Source: Octopus sinensis (taxonomy: Eukaryota). Taken from it: DNA of 64,000 nucleotides. The stretch spans positions 28,644,001 to 28,708,000 of the forward strand of contig NC_043016.1 of NCBI RefSeq assembly GCF_006345805.1, written 5' to 3'. Positions 1 through 13,990 of the stretch are shown here, piece after piece. A program made the position numbers and the translations under genes. Position 1 is the first letter of the stretch; every line of letters begins with the position of its first letter. Below the pieces are notes generated by a model. It saw nothing but the letters and a program-made list of their open reading frames with translations, searched no databases and was not told the origin of the DNA.

Positions 1-1289
1 TGGAAGGATATCCAGCTGTAAAAATCATGCCAAAACATTATGTTTAGCTGTAGAACTTGAAGCAAGTAAAGCTATAAAGAATAAAGACCCCCTTTGGTCA
101 TGAATGACCATGGGGTTGCACCTAGAAAGTTCCCCTCCAAAGCATAAATCTGGGCACGGTTGCTTGTGGAAGACCAGCAGCCACATATGCATACCCAGTC
201 TCCCCTCTCCATGCCACCAATGTTATCCAAGAGAAAGTTTGAGGCCTATACAACTTGGCACCAGTAATGTCACAATTCATTTCTACAGATGAGTGAACTG
301 GAGCAATGTGAAGTAAAGTGTTTTTGCTCAAGAACACCACTCACAGCCTGGTCCAAGAATCAAACTCCTAATTGGATGCCCGATACTCTAACTACTGAGC
401 CATGTGCCTTCACTAAAGTTATAAATAATAATAGCATGTTAACTCTTTTTAGATAAAAAAAAAAAAAAGAAGTCAGAGGCCGCTTGTGAGATATGAATTC
501 ACGTCTTCTATAAATCTGACATTCTACCATTGGACCAAAGTAATACTTTGAAACTCTCTATCCATTTTTGAAGCTTTGTTCTTTCTGATGGGAAATGAAT
601 GTTTGCATCAGAAGAATTTGAAAACTTTGAGAGTACATGAAATAATTCATTTTTAGGCGTAGAATTTATAGTAAATAAATAAAACTGGAAATAATTGCAT
701 GTAATGTATTATTTAATTAATTGACAAGCTAGAAAAAAATACAAATATGCAAATGAAGCCACCAACTTGAGGTTAGCTGAATTTATGACTTCTTTATATA
801 TATAACAGCTGAATATCCTGTGCTGTGATTTGAGAAAGAAAGTTGGTAAAACATTCAAGATTCCCCATAAAAATCAAACTTCCCACCTCTTTTTCTGCTC
901 AACAAAATCCTAAAAGGAATGTTCTTACATTTTTATTTCACTGACAGCCCAACTTTATAATCTTTTAATTTATTTTCATTTTTTCAGATTTGTAAACCTC
1001 ATAACTCAATACAATTGTTCTTTTGACAATATCTAATCACATAAGAGGAATAGTGAAAAAAAGTTTTGAATAATGTTGAATGATGCAAGTCAAGTTGTAG
1101 TGATATTGTGCTGAGGAAGACATTGTCAGTAAATGGATTATGATCATAGTCAGGGATGGGATTTGATATAAATGTTGACTACATTGGAACCATATTGGTA
1201 ACACAATTTCCACTGTTATGAAAATTAAGAAACTCAGTTTCTGTGATTTTGTCATGTTTTTTTACATGCTATTCTTCTAACTATTTCAG

Positions 1290-1485
1290 GCACATCAAGA
1301 CCAAGGACAGTCTTATAAAGAAGTTTGCGCTCCTGTGATAGAAAGATGCCATTTTCTTTTTAATGAACTTCGACCAGCAATTGATAATGAAATTAGTGTT
1401 CTATCTCGCTCAAAGATTCTGAAGACTATGCCAAGATGGAAGAACATAATACAAAAAATGATGGATTCAAAGAAGAAATTAAAAA
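1290..1485 (+). CDS. HERC2: HERC2 exon ([30 protein letters not shown]...KKKLK), phase 0-1
   Basis: tttcag acceptor, gtaatt donor; matches recalled [30 protein letters not shown]. Confidence 0.95.
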
Positions 1486-4400
1486 GTAATTAAAATTTTT
1501 TTGTTTGCATAAAAATTCCTTCTCTGTTTTGCATGTTCATGTCAAGGATGTTATCGTTTCTTTTTTGTTTTATTGTGTTATAGAATACAAAGAAAGAATT
1601 GATTTTATTTTGTGTAGTGACCTTCACCCTGAACTGTAGCACTCGAATGTGGGTGATTTAGAATAGTGATAGTGATAGAATATGCTTACCATCCAGCCCA
1701 TGCTAACATGGACATTGAATGATAATGATGATTTAAATGTCTAACTCATCAACACAACCTGGCAAATCATTAGACTGCAACCATGCTGCGGTACCGCCCT
1801 GTTACAAATTTTTCATCCTAAGCCAAATGTTATTTAAAAATTTTAGTTATCTTTAATTATCAAGACAACGGATTAATTATAATGCTGTCTGGTGAGGCGA
1901 ATAGTCAATCTCAGCTAGTTATCATTTGATTGGAAAATGTCATAGTGTGAGAATGCTGTGTTTATCAAGGTTCCAGATTTTATAGATATTCTAGACGCTA
2001 CTAAAAGCTTAATTATCAAACACTCTTTATGATGGTGAATTCTTATCGCCCCATAGAACTTACTTACAGTTGTGTATACTCGGTCAGTGAAAGATAAAAG
2101 ATTTTGTAATAAATTGTTGGTCTGTAAGCCAAACTATGATTGTCAGTTTGGAGTATATTTCACAACCATCCCCACCTCCTAAGGAAACTGCTGAAATAGA
2201 ATTAAATTGAAGAGATGAACATGCATGGCAGTGTGAAAAGGTTTTGGATTCAGTCCCATTGTATGGCACCCTGGGCCATAAAATAGGACTGAATACTCTT
2301 TTAATATAGTGCCAGACTGACCAAAGCCTTATTAGTGTTGGATTTGGAAGAATGTGTATGTGTGTGTGTTATGCAAGCAGTTCTTCATTTCCAATCTTGT
2401 GAAAAAACATGTCTGGTCATGTGGAAATATTACCTTATGTGGAAATATTTGAGGGCTGGCATCAAATAGGGCATCTGGCTGCAGAAAATCTGCCTCAGCA
2501 AATTCTGTCCAACCTATATGAGCTTGGGAAAGTGGATATTTAGTTGATGGAAACACAAACAAACCCATTATATATGTGTGTATGTATCTTTCTGTCTGTG
2601 TTTGTCCCCCACCATGCTTGACAACTGGTGTTGGTGTGTTTACATCTTGTAACTTAGCAGTTTGGCAAAAGAGACAGATAGAATAAGTACCAGGCTTAAA
2701 AAAGTCCTAGGGGTTGATTCATTCAACTAAATTTCATCAAGGCAGTGCCCCAGCATGGACTCAGTCTAATGGCTGAAATAAGTAAAAGATAAAGTGGTGC
2801 AGGCATGGCTATGTGGTAAGAAACTTGCTTCCCATCCACATGGTTTCAGGTTCAGTTCCACTGCATAGCACCTTGGGCAGTTGTCTTCTACTGTAGCCTT
2901 GAGCCAAACAAAACCTTGTGAGAGGATTTGGTAGACTGAAACCGAAACAAACTTGTCGTATGTACATGTATATATCTATGTGTGTGTCTTTATGCCTGTG
3001 TTTACGTCTGTGTAACCTAGTGATTCAGCTAAGAGAGACCAATAGAATCAGTACGAAGCTTTAATAAAAAAAACTCCTGGGGTTGATTTCTTCAGCTAAA
3101 ACCTTTCAAGGTGGTGCCCCAGCATGGCTGCAGTCAAATGACTGAAAGAATTAAAAGAATATGTGTTAACTACTCAACTGTGATGTAGGCTGTGGAGTTA
3201 GTTATTTTTGTTCAGTGTGGTCAAGTGTAGCAACAGTCAAATTATTTTAATCAGAAGCATAACACATTAAAAATAGCCACTCAATCTTATAGCCATCGTA
3301 ATATATAGCCCCAGAGTTTTAGCAATTTCTTTGTAATTGAGTGTTTGTTGGAGGTGAGCATGTGAAAGTGCTTGATTGCTATTGACTTGGTGATTCGTTG
3401 GGTAGTTTGGTGAAGCTTTGATTGCATCATGGACAGCCTTCTCAAGTTAAATCTTTGTTTTAAAAATTTAGATTTATAATTTTTGCATTATGCCTCTCTA
3501 TCATTTAAATTGGCATCTCATATTTATCTCTCTTGAGTTAAAAACAGAAATGGGTTACTGTGCCCTATTTTTGCAAAAAGGCCAATTAAATTAGTCAAAT
3601 AGCTTTTATTTTTTAATAGGGTATTTTATAATAATAATTATTGGAGTCGGGTGGAGGAGAAGGAAAATTTTTACTTAATTATAATATTAATTTTTTTTTT
3701 ACAATTTACAGTATTTTTTGTGTCATCAATGTGACTAGTATAATATCAGATGAGTTTAATGTCTTTTCTTAAAATTCCAATTGCATATCCATTTGTGATA
3801 CTTTAAAGAGATTTTAAATAATCAGCCTCAGTTGTTGATTGGTTCTGTATTGATCCCAAAATAATGATACAAAAAAAAATTGATCTTGGCAGGGTTTTAA
3901 CTCTATATATAAACAGCCATAAGTAAAATCCAGCAGAATTGGTAGAATTGTCAATGTTTTGACAATTCTACCAATCCACTAACCATATAGGAATTTCTAT
4001 ATCAATTCTTTCTACTCTAAGTACAAATCCTGAAATTTTTAGGAAAGCGGTATAGCTCAGTGCTTAGCTGGTTATTTTATTGACCACAAAGGATAAAAAG
4101 CATAGTCAATCTTGGTGAAATTTGAACTTAGAATGTAAATAATAATAATTCAATTTAGTTACTTTATAATTTAAAAAAATGTTTTACAAGGGTCTTGATG
4201 TTCCTCAATATATGTCCATGTTTTTTAGTAGAGTCAGTAACTGATATATTCTTTTACTTGCTTCAACCATTTGACTACAGCCATGCTGGAGCACCACCTT
4301 GAAGGGTTTTAGTCAAACAAGTCGACCCTGGGATTTATTTTTTTTAAAGCCTAGTACTTATTCTATCAGTCTCTTTTGCTAAACTATTTAGCTACAGGGA

Positions 4401-5424
4401 CATAAACACACCAACACTAGTTGTTAAGCAGTGATGAAGGGACAAACACAAATGGGGACACACAAACACACAGATATATACCTCATCATCATCATTTAAC
4501 TTCCATTGTCCATAGCATGAGTTGGACGGCTTGACTGGGCTGGCACACTGGAAGGCTGCATCAGACTCCAGTCTAATGTGGCATGCTTTTCTATGGCTGG
4601 ATGCTCTTCCTAATTAGAGTGTAATGGGTGCCATTTGCGAGACACCGGTATCTGCCACAACTGCGATTTTGCTCTGCTTGATGGGTCTTCTTCTAAAGCA
4701 CGACATAATGCCAAAGGTCTCGATCATTGCTTCCATGAGGCCCAGCACTTGAAAGGAACTCAGCCACCTCAACTCCATGAATCCCAATGCTTGAAAGGTA
4801 CTCAGTCATTTTTCCTCTGTGAGGCTCAACATTCAAAGGTGGATTTTTTTTACGTGCCACCAGCATGGGTGCACTTGGCTTGATGGGTCCTCTAGGGCCA
4901 TCTACCTGAGGGTATTTGTGTGTCTCTGTGTGTGTGTATGTATATAAATATATATATATATATATACATACATACAATGGGTTTCTTTCTGTTTCCATCT
5001 ACCAAATCCTCTCACAAAGCTTTGGTTGGCCTGAGGTTATAGTAGAAGACACTTCCCCAAGGTGCCACGCAGTGGGACTGAATCTGGACTCATGTCTGTG
5101 CCTTTTTTTTTTTTCAATTCATCGCACACCTTTGGACTGGCAGAATCATTAGAGCATTAGAGAAAATACTTTGCAATAATTTTTCCAGCCCATCACATTC
5201 TGAGTTCAAATCCTGCCAGCGTCATCTTTGTATTCCTCCTTTATACGATTATTGTTATCAACTAATCTTTCTCCCACTCAAATCTATTGGCCTTGGGCCA
5301 AGTTAAGAAATTATTGTTTTCATTATTATTGTTTTACAAAACTACAACTTACTTAGCAGTAGTTTTATATCTCCGACACTTTTTATGAATTCTTTCCTTT
5401 TTTTTTTCTTGTCTAAACTTACAG

Positions 5425-5720
5425 AAGTACCTGACTTCAAAGAGGATAAAGATATAGAAAAATTACAGCAACAGCTTACTGGAGTTGCTCTGAGTGATAG
5501 CAGTCATGACAGAACTGACGAAGATCCTGATGATGAAAACGAAGTGAAGGTGTTTGGGAAAGATCAAGCAAAAGTTGGGGAACTCACTGAAACACTGTTC
5601 ACATCAGTAGAGAGTGAAATAGAGAGAGTTTGTCGACAAACTGTTATGCATAGATATGATGTCCACAGGCAAAACAATGACTTTGATGGTGGGAAGCTAA
5701 AACAAACATCGGAGAAAAAG
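5425..5720 (+). CDS. HERC2: HERC2 exon, acidic linker (VPDFKEDKDIEK...QTSEKK), phase 1-0
   Basis: Inside ORF 5385-5873; ttacag/gtgtgt sites; phases fit both neighbours; weak sequence homology. Confidence 0.85.
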
Positions 5721-5782
5721 GTGTGTATTTTTGTCTCATTTTCTTTTTCTGCTTTATGTGCGTGTGTATGTGTGTGTGTGTG

Positions 5783-6164
5783 TACTCTTTACTTGTTTCA
5801 GTCATTTGACTGCAGCCATCCTGGAGCACTGCCTTTAGTCGAGCAAATCAACCCCAGGACTTATTCTTTGTAAGCCTAATACTTATTCTATCGGTCGCTT
5901 TTGCTGAACCACTAAGTTACGGGGACGTAAACACACCAGCATCAGTTGTCAAGCGATGTTGGGGGGACAAACACACACGCGCACACACACACACACACAT
6001 ATGACGGGCTTCTTTCAGTTTCTGTCTACAAAATACACTCACAAGGCTTTGGTCGGCCCGAGGCTATAGTAGAAGACACTTGCCCAAGGTGCCACACAGT
6101 GGGTCTGAACCCGGAACCATGTGGTTGGTAAGCAAGCTACTTAGCACACAGCCACTCCTGCGCC
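5783..6164 (-). mobile_element. tRNA-derived SINE family A, minus copy (others ~4235-4480 with ~4920-5090, ~39845-40285)
   Basis: Close reverse complement of 15029-15463. Confidence 0.88.
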
Positions 6165-6165
6165 T

Positions 6166-6198
<33 letters not shown>

Positions 6199-7061
6199 CC
6201 TATGAACAACTTGGATTACCACAATAAACTTTCTACAGCAGAAACGAGACATTGGGTGGTTGCTCCTCCTGGATATGATACTGGTTCACCACAAGGTTAC
6301 TCCAGTTTCTGCTGTTGGTACTAATTTTCGGCTGAACTGACTAGTTCGGGAATCAAATGCATGACCTGCCAATCTTGAGTGCAACACCCTAACAACTGGA
6401 CTATATGTCACAAGCACGCACAGAGAGAGAGAGAGAGGCATGTGTAGGGGATGTTTGCAAGGTATTGTATTTGTTTTGTTGCTGGCTGGAAAAGACTTAA
6501 TTTTTTTCTATTATAATGTAATTATAAATTTTGATTTTTTTTTATATTTGTGGTGGGGATCATTTACATTATTTTTTTAAATATTTGTGGTAGGGATCAT
6601 TTATACTTGTTTTGTTTAAGTACTTCCAACTTCAAATTCTGTAGCCAAATGGCCTTCAGTGAAGTAGACTTAATAATTTTGTGAAACACCTTAGGTGTAA
6701 ATAAAATAGAAGATTAACTTTACTTTTCATCCTTCTAGAGTTGATAAAATACAGTACCAGTGAAATACTGGAGCAGATTAATTTTTATAAAACATCATAG
6801 ATGAACAGAATTATTATAGGAGACTAAGTTTACCTTTCATCCTCCTTGGGTTTGATAAAAATATAGTACCACTGAAGTACTGAGGTAAATTTAATATTCC
6901 TCTAAAAGTTAGTTTTAGTTTTCAATCATAATTCCATTCATATGAAAGGAATCATAATTGAAGACTAAAACTAACTTTACCTTTCATCCTTCTAGGGTTG
7001 ATAAAGTAGAGTACCAGTGAAATATTGGGGTAGATTTAATAATAATAATAATAATAATAAT

Positions 7062-7375
7062 AATTGTGTACAGTGCTCAGGTGCACTACAACTCATCTAA
7101 AGTGTATATATAATCAGGTGTAGTTTCGGCGGATTTCGGAAAGCATGAGGGCCTTAAAGGATGCAGTGTCATGGCAGTCAACAACTGACGCAGGCAGTTT
7201 ATTCCATGCTTCAGCAACTCTGAGCGTGAAAAAATGTTTCCGAAAGTCATGGTAGCTGTGTTGTTTTTCTGACTTTGTAGGCATGTCCACGTGTGTTAGA
7301 CAGTGTTGTTGTTGGTGAGGTGGTTGATAACTTTGTGGGTGTTTCTACAATTAACTCCTAGATATAAATAGAACG
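7062..7375 (-). mobile_element. CR1-like LINE 3' end
   Basis: NTRGHAYKVRK / FRKHFFTLRVAEAWNKLPASVV..FK..* with (ATT)n tail. Confidence 0.85.
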
Positions 7376-8397
7376 ATAACTTACCTTTCATCTTTCTGGG
7401 AATGATAAAATATAGTACCTGAAGTAGATTTAACATTCCTATTAAATTTCCTAAATGTGAATGAATTATAATTGAATATGACTAAGTTTACTACTGGAGT
7501 GTTTGTGAATGTTGATAGTCCTCAGTTTGTCATCACTTGAGTGAAACAGTAATGACACTGACTTTTGTTTTTGATATTACAACTGGTTGCTCTGATTTCA
7601 AGAATCTCTGATATAAAGAAATCCCTTACTTGTAAAACAGGTAAAGTGTGACAGCAGGAAGAACATCTAGCCATAGAATCCAACCTATACTCAAAAAGAA
7701 AAATGGATGTTGAGCAATTGAATAAACACACATGCACAGACCTCCCGCCACACATACACACATCATTATCACTGTCATCATAATTATTATCATCATCATC
7801 ATCATCATTACCATCATCATCATCATTATCATTTTACCATCCTTTTTTCCATGCTTACATGTGTCAGATGGAATTCATTGAAGGAGATTTTCTACAGTCA
7901 GATGCTTTTCCTGTCACTAACCCTCACCTGTTTCCAAGCAAGGTAATATTTCCTCATGGCTAGACGTGTTTTCATGGAAGATTGAAAATGAACAATGCTG
8001 CCTCTATGATGGTGGCACTTGATCACAACATTCATGCAATGTTAAGATAATGAGACACAAGCATACACATACACACACACACACACATAACCACATACCC
8101 ATATACATACTTTCAGGGAAATAACCCTGTTCAATATGGAGAAATAGTGTGGGTAGAAATTCCATATGGTGTACTCAGTGCAAGTTATAGACGCATAAGA
8201 GGTGCAGTGAAATTGCAAGGAAGTTAACAGAAAACAACCCAGTCTTTGCGTGTGGTAGCTGTTCAAGTACAATAAACACCTAGATTGTACAGGAAATAGA
8301 TTACTTCAGATGTACAAGGGGATTCTTAGAGGTAGTAAATAGTTTTCATTATCTAAGTGACCAAATTAGCAGCAAAGACAGTTGGTCTGAAAGCATA

Positions 8398-8870
8398 GTT
8401 GCTAGAATGAGAACCAAGTGGGAAAAGTTCAGAGAGTTATTAACTTTGTTGGTAACAAAGGGCTGCTCCCTCAGTGTGAAAGGCAGATTGTATGATTCCT
8501 GTGTATGGACTGTTATGCTACATGACAGCTAAAAATGGGCTGTGATTGCTGATGGCATGAAAAGGCTTGAAAGAAATGAAACCAGCATACCCCACTGGAT
8601 GTACAAAGTCAGTGTGCATGTATGATTGAGAGTAAATGTTTTAAGAGAAAAATTGAGTATAAGAGGCATCAGTTGTACTGTACAAGGGAGAAGATTGTAA
8701 AGAAGTACTGATCTCTAAATGTTGAGGGAACCTGTGGAAGAGGAAGACCCAGGAAGATGTGGGAATAAATGACGAGAAATAATCTTCAAATGTTGAGACT
8801 CAGAGAGGAGATGACAAAGGACCAAGAGAATTGGTGATTTGTTGTGCTTGAGAAGACCTACTCAGCTAAG
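8398..8870 (+). mobile_element. RTE-clade LINE ORF 3' relic
   Basis: KFRELLTLLVTKGCSLSVKGRLYDSCV.. and GRGRPRKMW peptides with stops; probable 3' UTR runs to ~9540. Confidence 0.8.
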
Positions 8871-9649
8871 TAAAATCCAGGACATAAAGGTGCGTCCATT
8901 ATGTCCATGATCCTCCCACAACCCATCTTCCCTCTACCTCCCCCTTTCCCTTTACCCATGCTTGCCTTTGCTGTATTCCCTGCCTCCATTCTACCTCATG
9001 TACCTATCTGCACAAAGTATGTCCCTGGTGAATCCTTTCCTCAAAACATATCCTCCTAATACCCACTCCCTCTACCAGTGCCCTCTCATTACATCCCCTA
9101 CCTCTATCTCCCACTCACCTATTCACCCTCTCCAATTCCTGATCCACTGCACTATATACAATTCCCTGTTAACTTGGGTGTACAGCCCCTGCCAACTTCC
9201 CATCACACCTTCACCAGCTTCTCTCTCTCTCTCCACCTGAGGTAGCCATGTCTCTCTTCTAATGCCAGACACCTTTTTGTCTTTCAACACTTCTTCCCTA
9301 CCATCCCCAGTTTAGGGTCCTTGTCCTGCAAGTTACTCTATAACCTCACTGCTGTTGGTGTCATATACAAAGCTAGTATATTCTGTTAAGTGGTTGGCAT
9401 TAACAAGGGCATCATACTGTTCAAAAAATGACCAAACAGACAGCAAAGCTTGCTGCAGTCTTCTGACTTACCAGTTACTGTCAAACGATCCAACCCATGC
9501 CATCATGGGTGTTAAATGATAATGATGATGACAATGATTCATCTTCCTTCAACATCTATCTACCATGCTGGCATGAGTTGGACAGTTTGACAACTAACTT
9601 TGGTTTCCACTGTTAAAAAAATGATTTATCATATATGTGTATATATATA

Positions 9650-9684
<35 letters not shown>

Positions 9685-9689
9685 TTGTG

Positions 9690-10053
9690 GAGGCGCAATG
9701 GCCCAGTGGTTAGGGCAGCGGACTCGCGGTCATAGGATCGTGGTTTCGATTCCCGGACCGGGCGTTGTGAGTGTTTATTGAGCGAAAACACCGGCAGGGG
9801 ATGGTGGTGATCCCTGCTGTACTCTTTCACCACAACTTTCTCTCACTCTTACTTCCTGTTTCTGTTGTACCTGTATTTCAAAGGGCCGGCCTTGTCACTC
9901 TCTGTGTCACGCTGAATATCCCCGAGAACTACGTTAAGGGTACACGTGTCTGTGGAGTGCTCAGCCACTTACACGTTAATTTCACGACCAGGCTGTTCCG
10001 TTGATTTGGATCAACCGGAACCCTCATCGTCGTAACCGACGGAGTGCTTCCAC
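9690..10053 (+). mobile_element. Young CpG-rich tRNA-derived SINE inserted in a (TA)n tract
   Basis: ggcgcaatggcccagtggttagg..ggtttcgattccc head; body shared with the minus copy at ~11720-11870. Confidence 0.85.
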
Positions 10054-10073
10054 TATATATATATTTATATGTG

Positions 10074-10157
<84 letters not shown>

Positions 10158-10495
10158 TAAGCAGAAAAACGTTTATAATTATGAACAAGTCACAATTATA
10201 ACTAAGAGGGTTACAAAAAAAACCTTACATGTTAAAAATAGCAGCCAAAACTGCTATAAGGCCATTATATCACTCATATTATTTCTCCTCAACATAAAAA
10301 CTATCTTCAGGTGACATGGTAAATAGCAGTTTTGGCTGCTATTTTTAACCCTCTTACTTCTAATTGTGACTTGTTCATAATTATAAACGTTTTTCCTCTT
10401 TATATTTTATAACATGTTTGGCCATTGATATATTCATAAATATTCTCAAATATTTATTATATATCCTTCGTAATGTTTTTACATTACTCTCTACT

Positions 10496-10527
<32 letters not shown>

Positions 10528-10674
10528 AACACACATTTGTGTGTGTGTATGTGTTGTAGATAATTATTTAGTGTTTCAGATTATTATTTTTTTATTAAAA
10601 AAAAATTTTTAATAATTTTTTTTTCATATTTGATATTTAAAGTGTCCATTATCAAGTTAATTTCTCTATTTCAG

Positions 10675-10851
10675 CCTGATAATTGGAGTCATGTTGTCAA
10701 TGCTGTTTTAAGTAATGATAAATTTCGATGGTTGAAACAGAGGCTTACTGGTTCAAAACCAGAGTATGCACTGATGAATAAAATATTTGAATTCATTATG
10801 TGGGAACATCCAATTGACATTGAGAAACTCCGCTGCTCCCTGCATCATCAA
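10675..10851 (+). CDS. HERC2: HERC2 exon (PDNWSHVV..KFRWLKQ..HPIDIEKLRCSLHHQ), phase 0-0
   Basis: tttcag/gtgagt; matches recalled KDKWQPLL..KYKWLKQ..EPVDVEKMRKCLLKQ. Confidence 0.93.
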
Positions 10852-12498
10852 GTGAGTGATGGACAAAATATTCTACATGTTTTTTTTAATTGTCTTTTGT
10901 TTTCTTTTTATAAAAGATGCGTGCACACATGTGTTGTTGTAGTTTAGCCCAAGGTCAGTCTTGATCTTGAAAACCTTTGATCAGTGGCATTTCAGCTGTG
11001 ACTTTCCTTTTTTTTATTTCCAGTCATAGCGTATCTAGAACTACATTATGTGTCCTTCCTTTCTTGTGACTGTATGGTAGAATTGATTGCTATTTCTAGC
11101 TGGTATAAATGCCACTTAGACACCTCTCAGTTTGGTTTGTGTTCATGTCTGTGGTGTGTTAATGTAGTGCATGTGATATGATGTGTGTGTGTGTACAGTA
11201 TCTAGTTTGTCCTACCATGTCTGGTTTTTAGGATTACTATTTCACTTGACTATGTTTACTCTGGCATTCTACACTCTCCCATAAACACATCTGGTCCCTA
11301 CTACATTATGTTTGCCCCTGGGTAAGGATCTAACTCTTTCTAATTTCATTCCTCTTTGAGAATCTATAGCCATATGATAGGCAGCATATATCAAAAATTG
11401 TGAAGAACCGGTTTTTCTTTTCTCTCCTTGGTATTGATCTTTCAACAGTTGTACTAGTGTTGGGGGTTACTGTGTCAACATCTTTGATCTTCTGTGTCAT
11501 TGCTTTTGGGTCAGGTATCACAGACAGACTCTACTTAATTTTAATCCTTTGCCTGTCCTGTGTACACAGGATATTTTTCCCTGGCATCCATGCATCATAT
11601 ATGATAAACATTCCCAATTGTTTTTAATCACCAGAGTAACTTGGAACTTATGAAAGGAAAGCTTTATATTTATTCAGGAAGTATGAAACTGGCTCTCTGT
11701 TTGTTGCCATGATGAGGATTCTAATTAATCCAATTAATGGAACAATCTACTTGTGAAATTAATATGCAAGTGGCTGAGTACCCCGCAGACACACATACCT
11801 TTAATGTAGTTCTCAGGGAAATTCAGCATGACACAGAATGTGACAAGGCTGGCCCCTTTGAAATACAGATACTACTCATTTTTGCCAACTGAAGCAATGT
11901 GAAATAAAGTCTCAAGGGCGCAACATGCTGCCAGGAATTGAACTCATGACCTTACAATTATGAGCCAAATACTCTAACCACTAGGCCACGCATCTTCACA
12001 AATGTATGAAACAATGGGAAACTAAAAACCTGAAAACAAGCATGGAAATTTAGAACAAACTTATGAAGATGTTGTGGACAGGCAAAGGGTTAAGTTTTCT
12101 CTAGCTATCCTTACTGATGGTTCATTACCACATGGAATGTTGTTACATGTGAGAGATATCTGAGGGTGAGTGGAGAGCTTTTCCATTGGTTGGCCATCAG
12201 TAAAGCCATTTATACAATTGATAGATTTAGCTTGGCTAATTGAAATCCTTTCTTAATTTTTTTATAAAACATTTTCATCATCATTATCATCATTTCAAGG
12301 TTGATTCTTTCAGAGCAGTTTGGTTTAAGCAGATCAATTTAACATGTACCAATAGGAAAAATAGATACTCAGGGTGGGGGGGAGACATGTTTTTTTTTTA
12401 CATATTTTTTTTTTGTTTAATTTAGCTCATTATTATATTAATTGTTCACTGATTATAGTTATAAAAAAAATGTACATTAATTTTTTTTTCTGTTCTAG

Positions 12499-12635
12499 GT
12501 TGAAAGAGCTAAACTGAGATTAAAAGGTATCCAAAACATGCTTATCTTAACACATAAAGAGCATCTGATACCTTCAATAAAGTATTCTATATTATGTGGT
12601 TGGCTTGGCCTTCTTTCACTCAGAAACAAAGTCTG
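12499..12635 (+). CDS. HERC2: HERC2 exon (VERAKLRLKGIQNML..SIKYSILCGW), phase 0-2
   Basis: ttctag/gtatgt; matches recalled LERAEVRLEGIDTIL..SVQYAMFCGW; too short for the ORF track. Confidence 0.93.
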
Positions 12636-13635
12636 GTATGTAGCCTTATAATTTTCATTAAATTCTTGTTTTGAAAATAAAAAAATGCAGTTTTATTAAA
12701 AAAAGTTTACTTTACATTACCATGTTAATTTCAAAAATGGTATATAATGTATTTTTGTTTTAATTTTTTTGTTGAAATACACTGCTTTTGATTCGGTTAA
12801 TTTTGGAAATAATGAAGAATTAGTAAAATATCTTTGTCATTATTTATCTGGTGTCTGATGAAAGGTTTTGATTCAGATCACTTTAAAACATCATAGAACC
12901 AGGATTGGTCACAAACAAGTTGGCATCAAAAGAATGACAACAGACATGAAAGAAAGATCTGGAAGCTAGGTCATATGGCTAGGATATTTCTGTTGGAATA
13001 TTCTGCATTTATTTCAATTAATTTTGAAAATAACGAAGAATTTAGTATTTGTTGGCTAGTGTTTCGAAATTGGCCCAAATATTCTACCTGTTTTGTGTTC
13101 AAACTGGTCAGATCTGACCTCTCAGACCTAGCCTGCAATGTCTTTCTAAAAATAAATAATCACATCATTGAAATCTTGAAGCTGCAAAATAACAAATGTT
13201 TAATTAAAAGCAATTTGAATAAAGAAGCATTATACTCAACTGAGTTAAGCTGAATGCTAAAGGTTTGATTTGGGTCTCTTTAATCCTTTTGTTTATATAT
13301 CTGTTGAAATACATTGCCTTCAAATTATTAAGCAGGTGTTTGGAATATAAATTAACATGAAATTCTGATGAAAGGATTTAATTTAAATTACTATAAAACT
13401 GGAAGTTTGTACCATGAAAATCAGTAGTGTTGTTAAGCAGGTTGATATCAAAAGGATCCAGAATACTTTAATTGATAATTAAATCAATATGAATAACATC
13501 ATTTAAAATAATTATGTTTTGCCCCAGCATGGTCACTACCTAGAGAATGGAGACATATAAGAATACAAATGTTTTTGCATTTTTCTTCCTGTTCTAATAT
13601 TGCTAATATCAAATTTATTCCTTTTAAATTTTCAG

Positions 13636-13825
13636 CGAACCCGTTCCACACTGCCTGGCTAATATTAATCTAATACCTCCTTGTGATAAAATTCTTCTTG
13701 AAATGACATTCTCTGACCTATACAAATGGGCTGTAAAAGAACTCCGCAACATTCTTCTGCAAGTGGAAGCCACTTTAAAAGCAAGAAATCTTAATTCTTC
13801 TCGAAGTATTCAAGATAATTCCAAA
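13636..13825 (+). CDS. HERC2: HERC2 exon (EPVPHCLANINLIPP..LEMTFSDLYKWAV..DNSK), phase 2-0
   Basis: tttcag/gtaagt; matches recalled EPLTDCLKDVDLIPP..LEVTFGKLYAWAV. Confidence 0.94.
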
Positions 13826-13990
13826 GTAAGTCACATTGTTTCACATCTAATTAATCAGTTTATAAAGAAAACAGAAATTAACTTAATTGTGATTGCTTAT
13901 CATGTGATTGGGTCCAAGATCACTTTAAAATCTTTTTGTCGTATGAAATACACCAAAATATATAAAAGTGTGTGTGTGTGTTTGTGTGTA

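Noticed and set aside
989-1255. Strong-looking acceptor (ttttcag at 988) and ORF 1037-1255 (-)
   Set aside because: All three + frames stop within about 50 nt, there is no HERC2 similarity, and the minus ORF has no recognisable motif.
9690-9765. tRNA-like sequence (also heads at 15029, 31931, 42355)
   Set aside because: A/B boxes are present, but there is no closed acceptor stem and each continues into a repeat body; these are SINE heads, not tRNA genes.
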